Below the pieces are notes generated by a model, which saw only the letters and a list, made by a program, of their open reading frames with translations, was not told the DNA's origin and did no database searches. A stretch of 33,046 nt of DNA from Deltaproteobacteria bacterium. GTDB lineage: Bacteria; Desulfobacterota; Dissulfuribacteria; Dissulfuribacterales; QOAL01. Below, one piece after another: positions 33,037-33,046 of this stretch (position 1 is its first letter; every line of letters begins with the position of its first letter). The stretch lies in contig JALVQQ010000202.1 in the NCBI GenBank assembly GCA_027025395.1, forward strand, positions 1-33,046, given 5' to 3'. The translations under genes and the position numbers were made by a program.

Positions 33037-33046
33037 TGTTATATAA

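Noticed and set aside
1-33046. A search for CRISPR repeats, IS elements or transposases, integrases, toxin-antitoxin pairs, and phage or defence genes.
   Set aside because: I saw no regularly spaced repeats and no transposase, integrase or recombinase-like ORFs. Apart from short AT-rich promoter patches there is no abrupt compositional island. The window reads as core chromosome.

Overview
High-GC (~58%) bacterial chromosomal segment. Gene content and heavy sigma54 use suggest a Desulfobacterota/deltaproteobacterial origin, but that is inference only. I saw no rRNA, tRNA, CRISPR array, transposase or integrase.

Layout:
- 2-631: 3' end of radA.
- 945-12247 (+): a near-consensus sigma54 promoter, then a tightly packed co-directional block. 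It encodes a secreted 727-aa TPR protein, a sigma54 activator with a degenerate receiver domain, flgB, flgC, fliE, fliF, fliG, fliH, fliI, fliJ and a MotE/FlbB-like gene.
- 12257-15637 (-): a VKOR-thioredoxin fusion, an aspartate-type aminotransferase and truA.
- 15787-16485 (+): a YkgJ-type Cys-cluster protein.
- 23714-16525 (-): a seven-gene run. In order: DAG-kinase-like lipid kinase, Tam41/Mmp37-like nucleotidyltransferase, MoaE-like small protein, class II aldolase, short-form RtcB RNA ligase, PAS histidine kinase, NtrC-type sigma54 response regulator.
- 24109-28173: a third sigma54 response regulator overlapping a polytopic histidine kinase by one nucleotide, with a convergent orphan lipoprotein solute-binding protein.
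- 28599-32898: an overlapping pgpA-cinA-thpR operon, an unclassified polytopic membrane protein and a MarC-family protein.
- 33008-33036: a consensus-like sigma70 promoter firing out of the window edge.

No clear-cut new system is visible. The most unusual points are:
- the sigma54 promoter / periplasmic TPR / pseudo-receiver activator module heading the flagellar operon;
- the lipid kinase + Tam41-like pair, divergent from a sigma54 two-component system;
- rtcB linked to a two-component system instead of RtcR;
- the VKOR-Trx fusion abutting the flagellar block;
- a 425-bp non-coding region with phased direct repeats.
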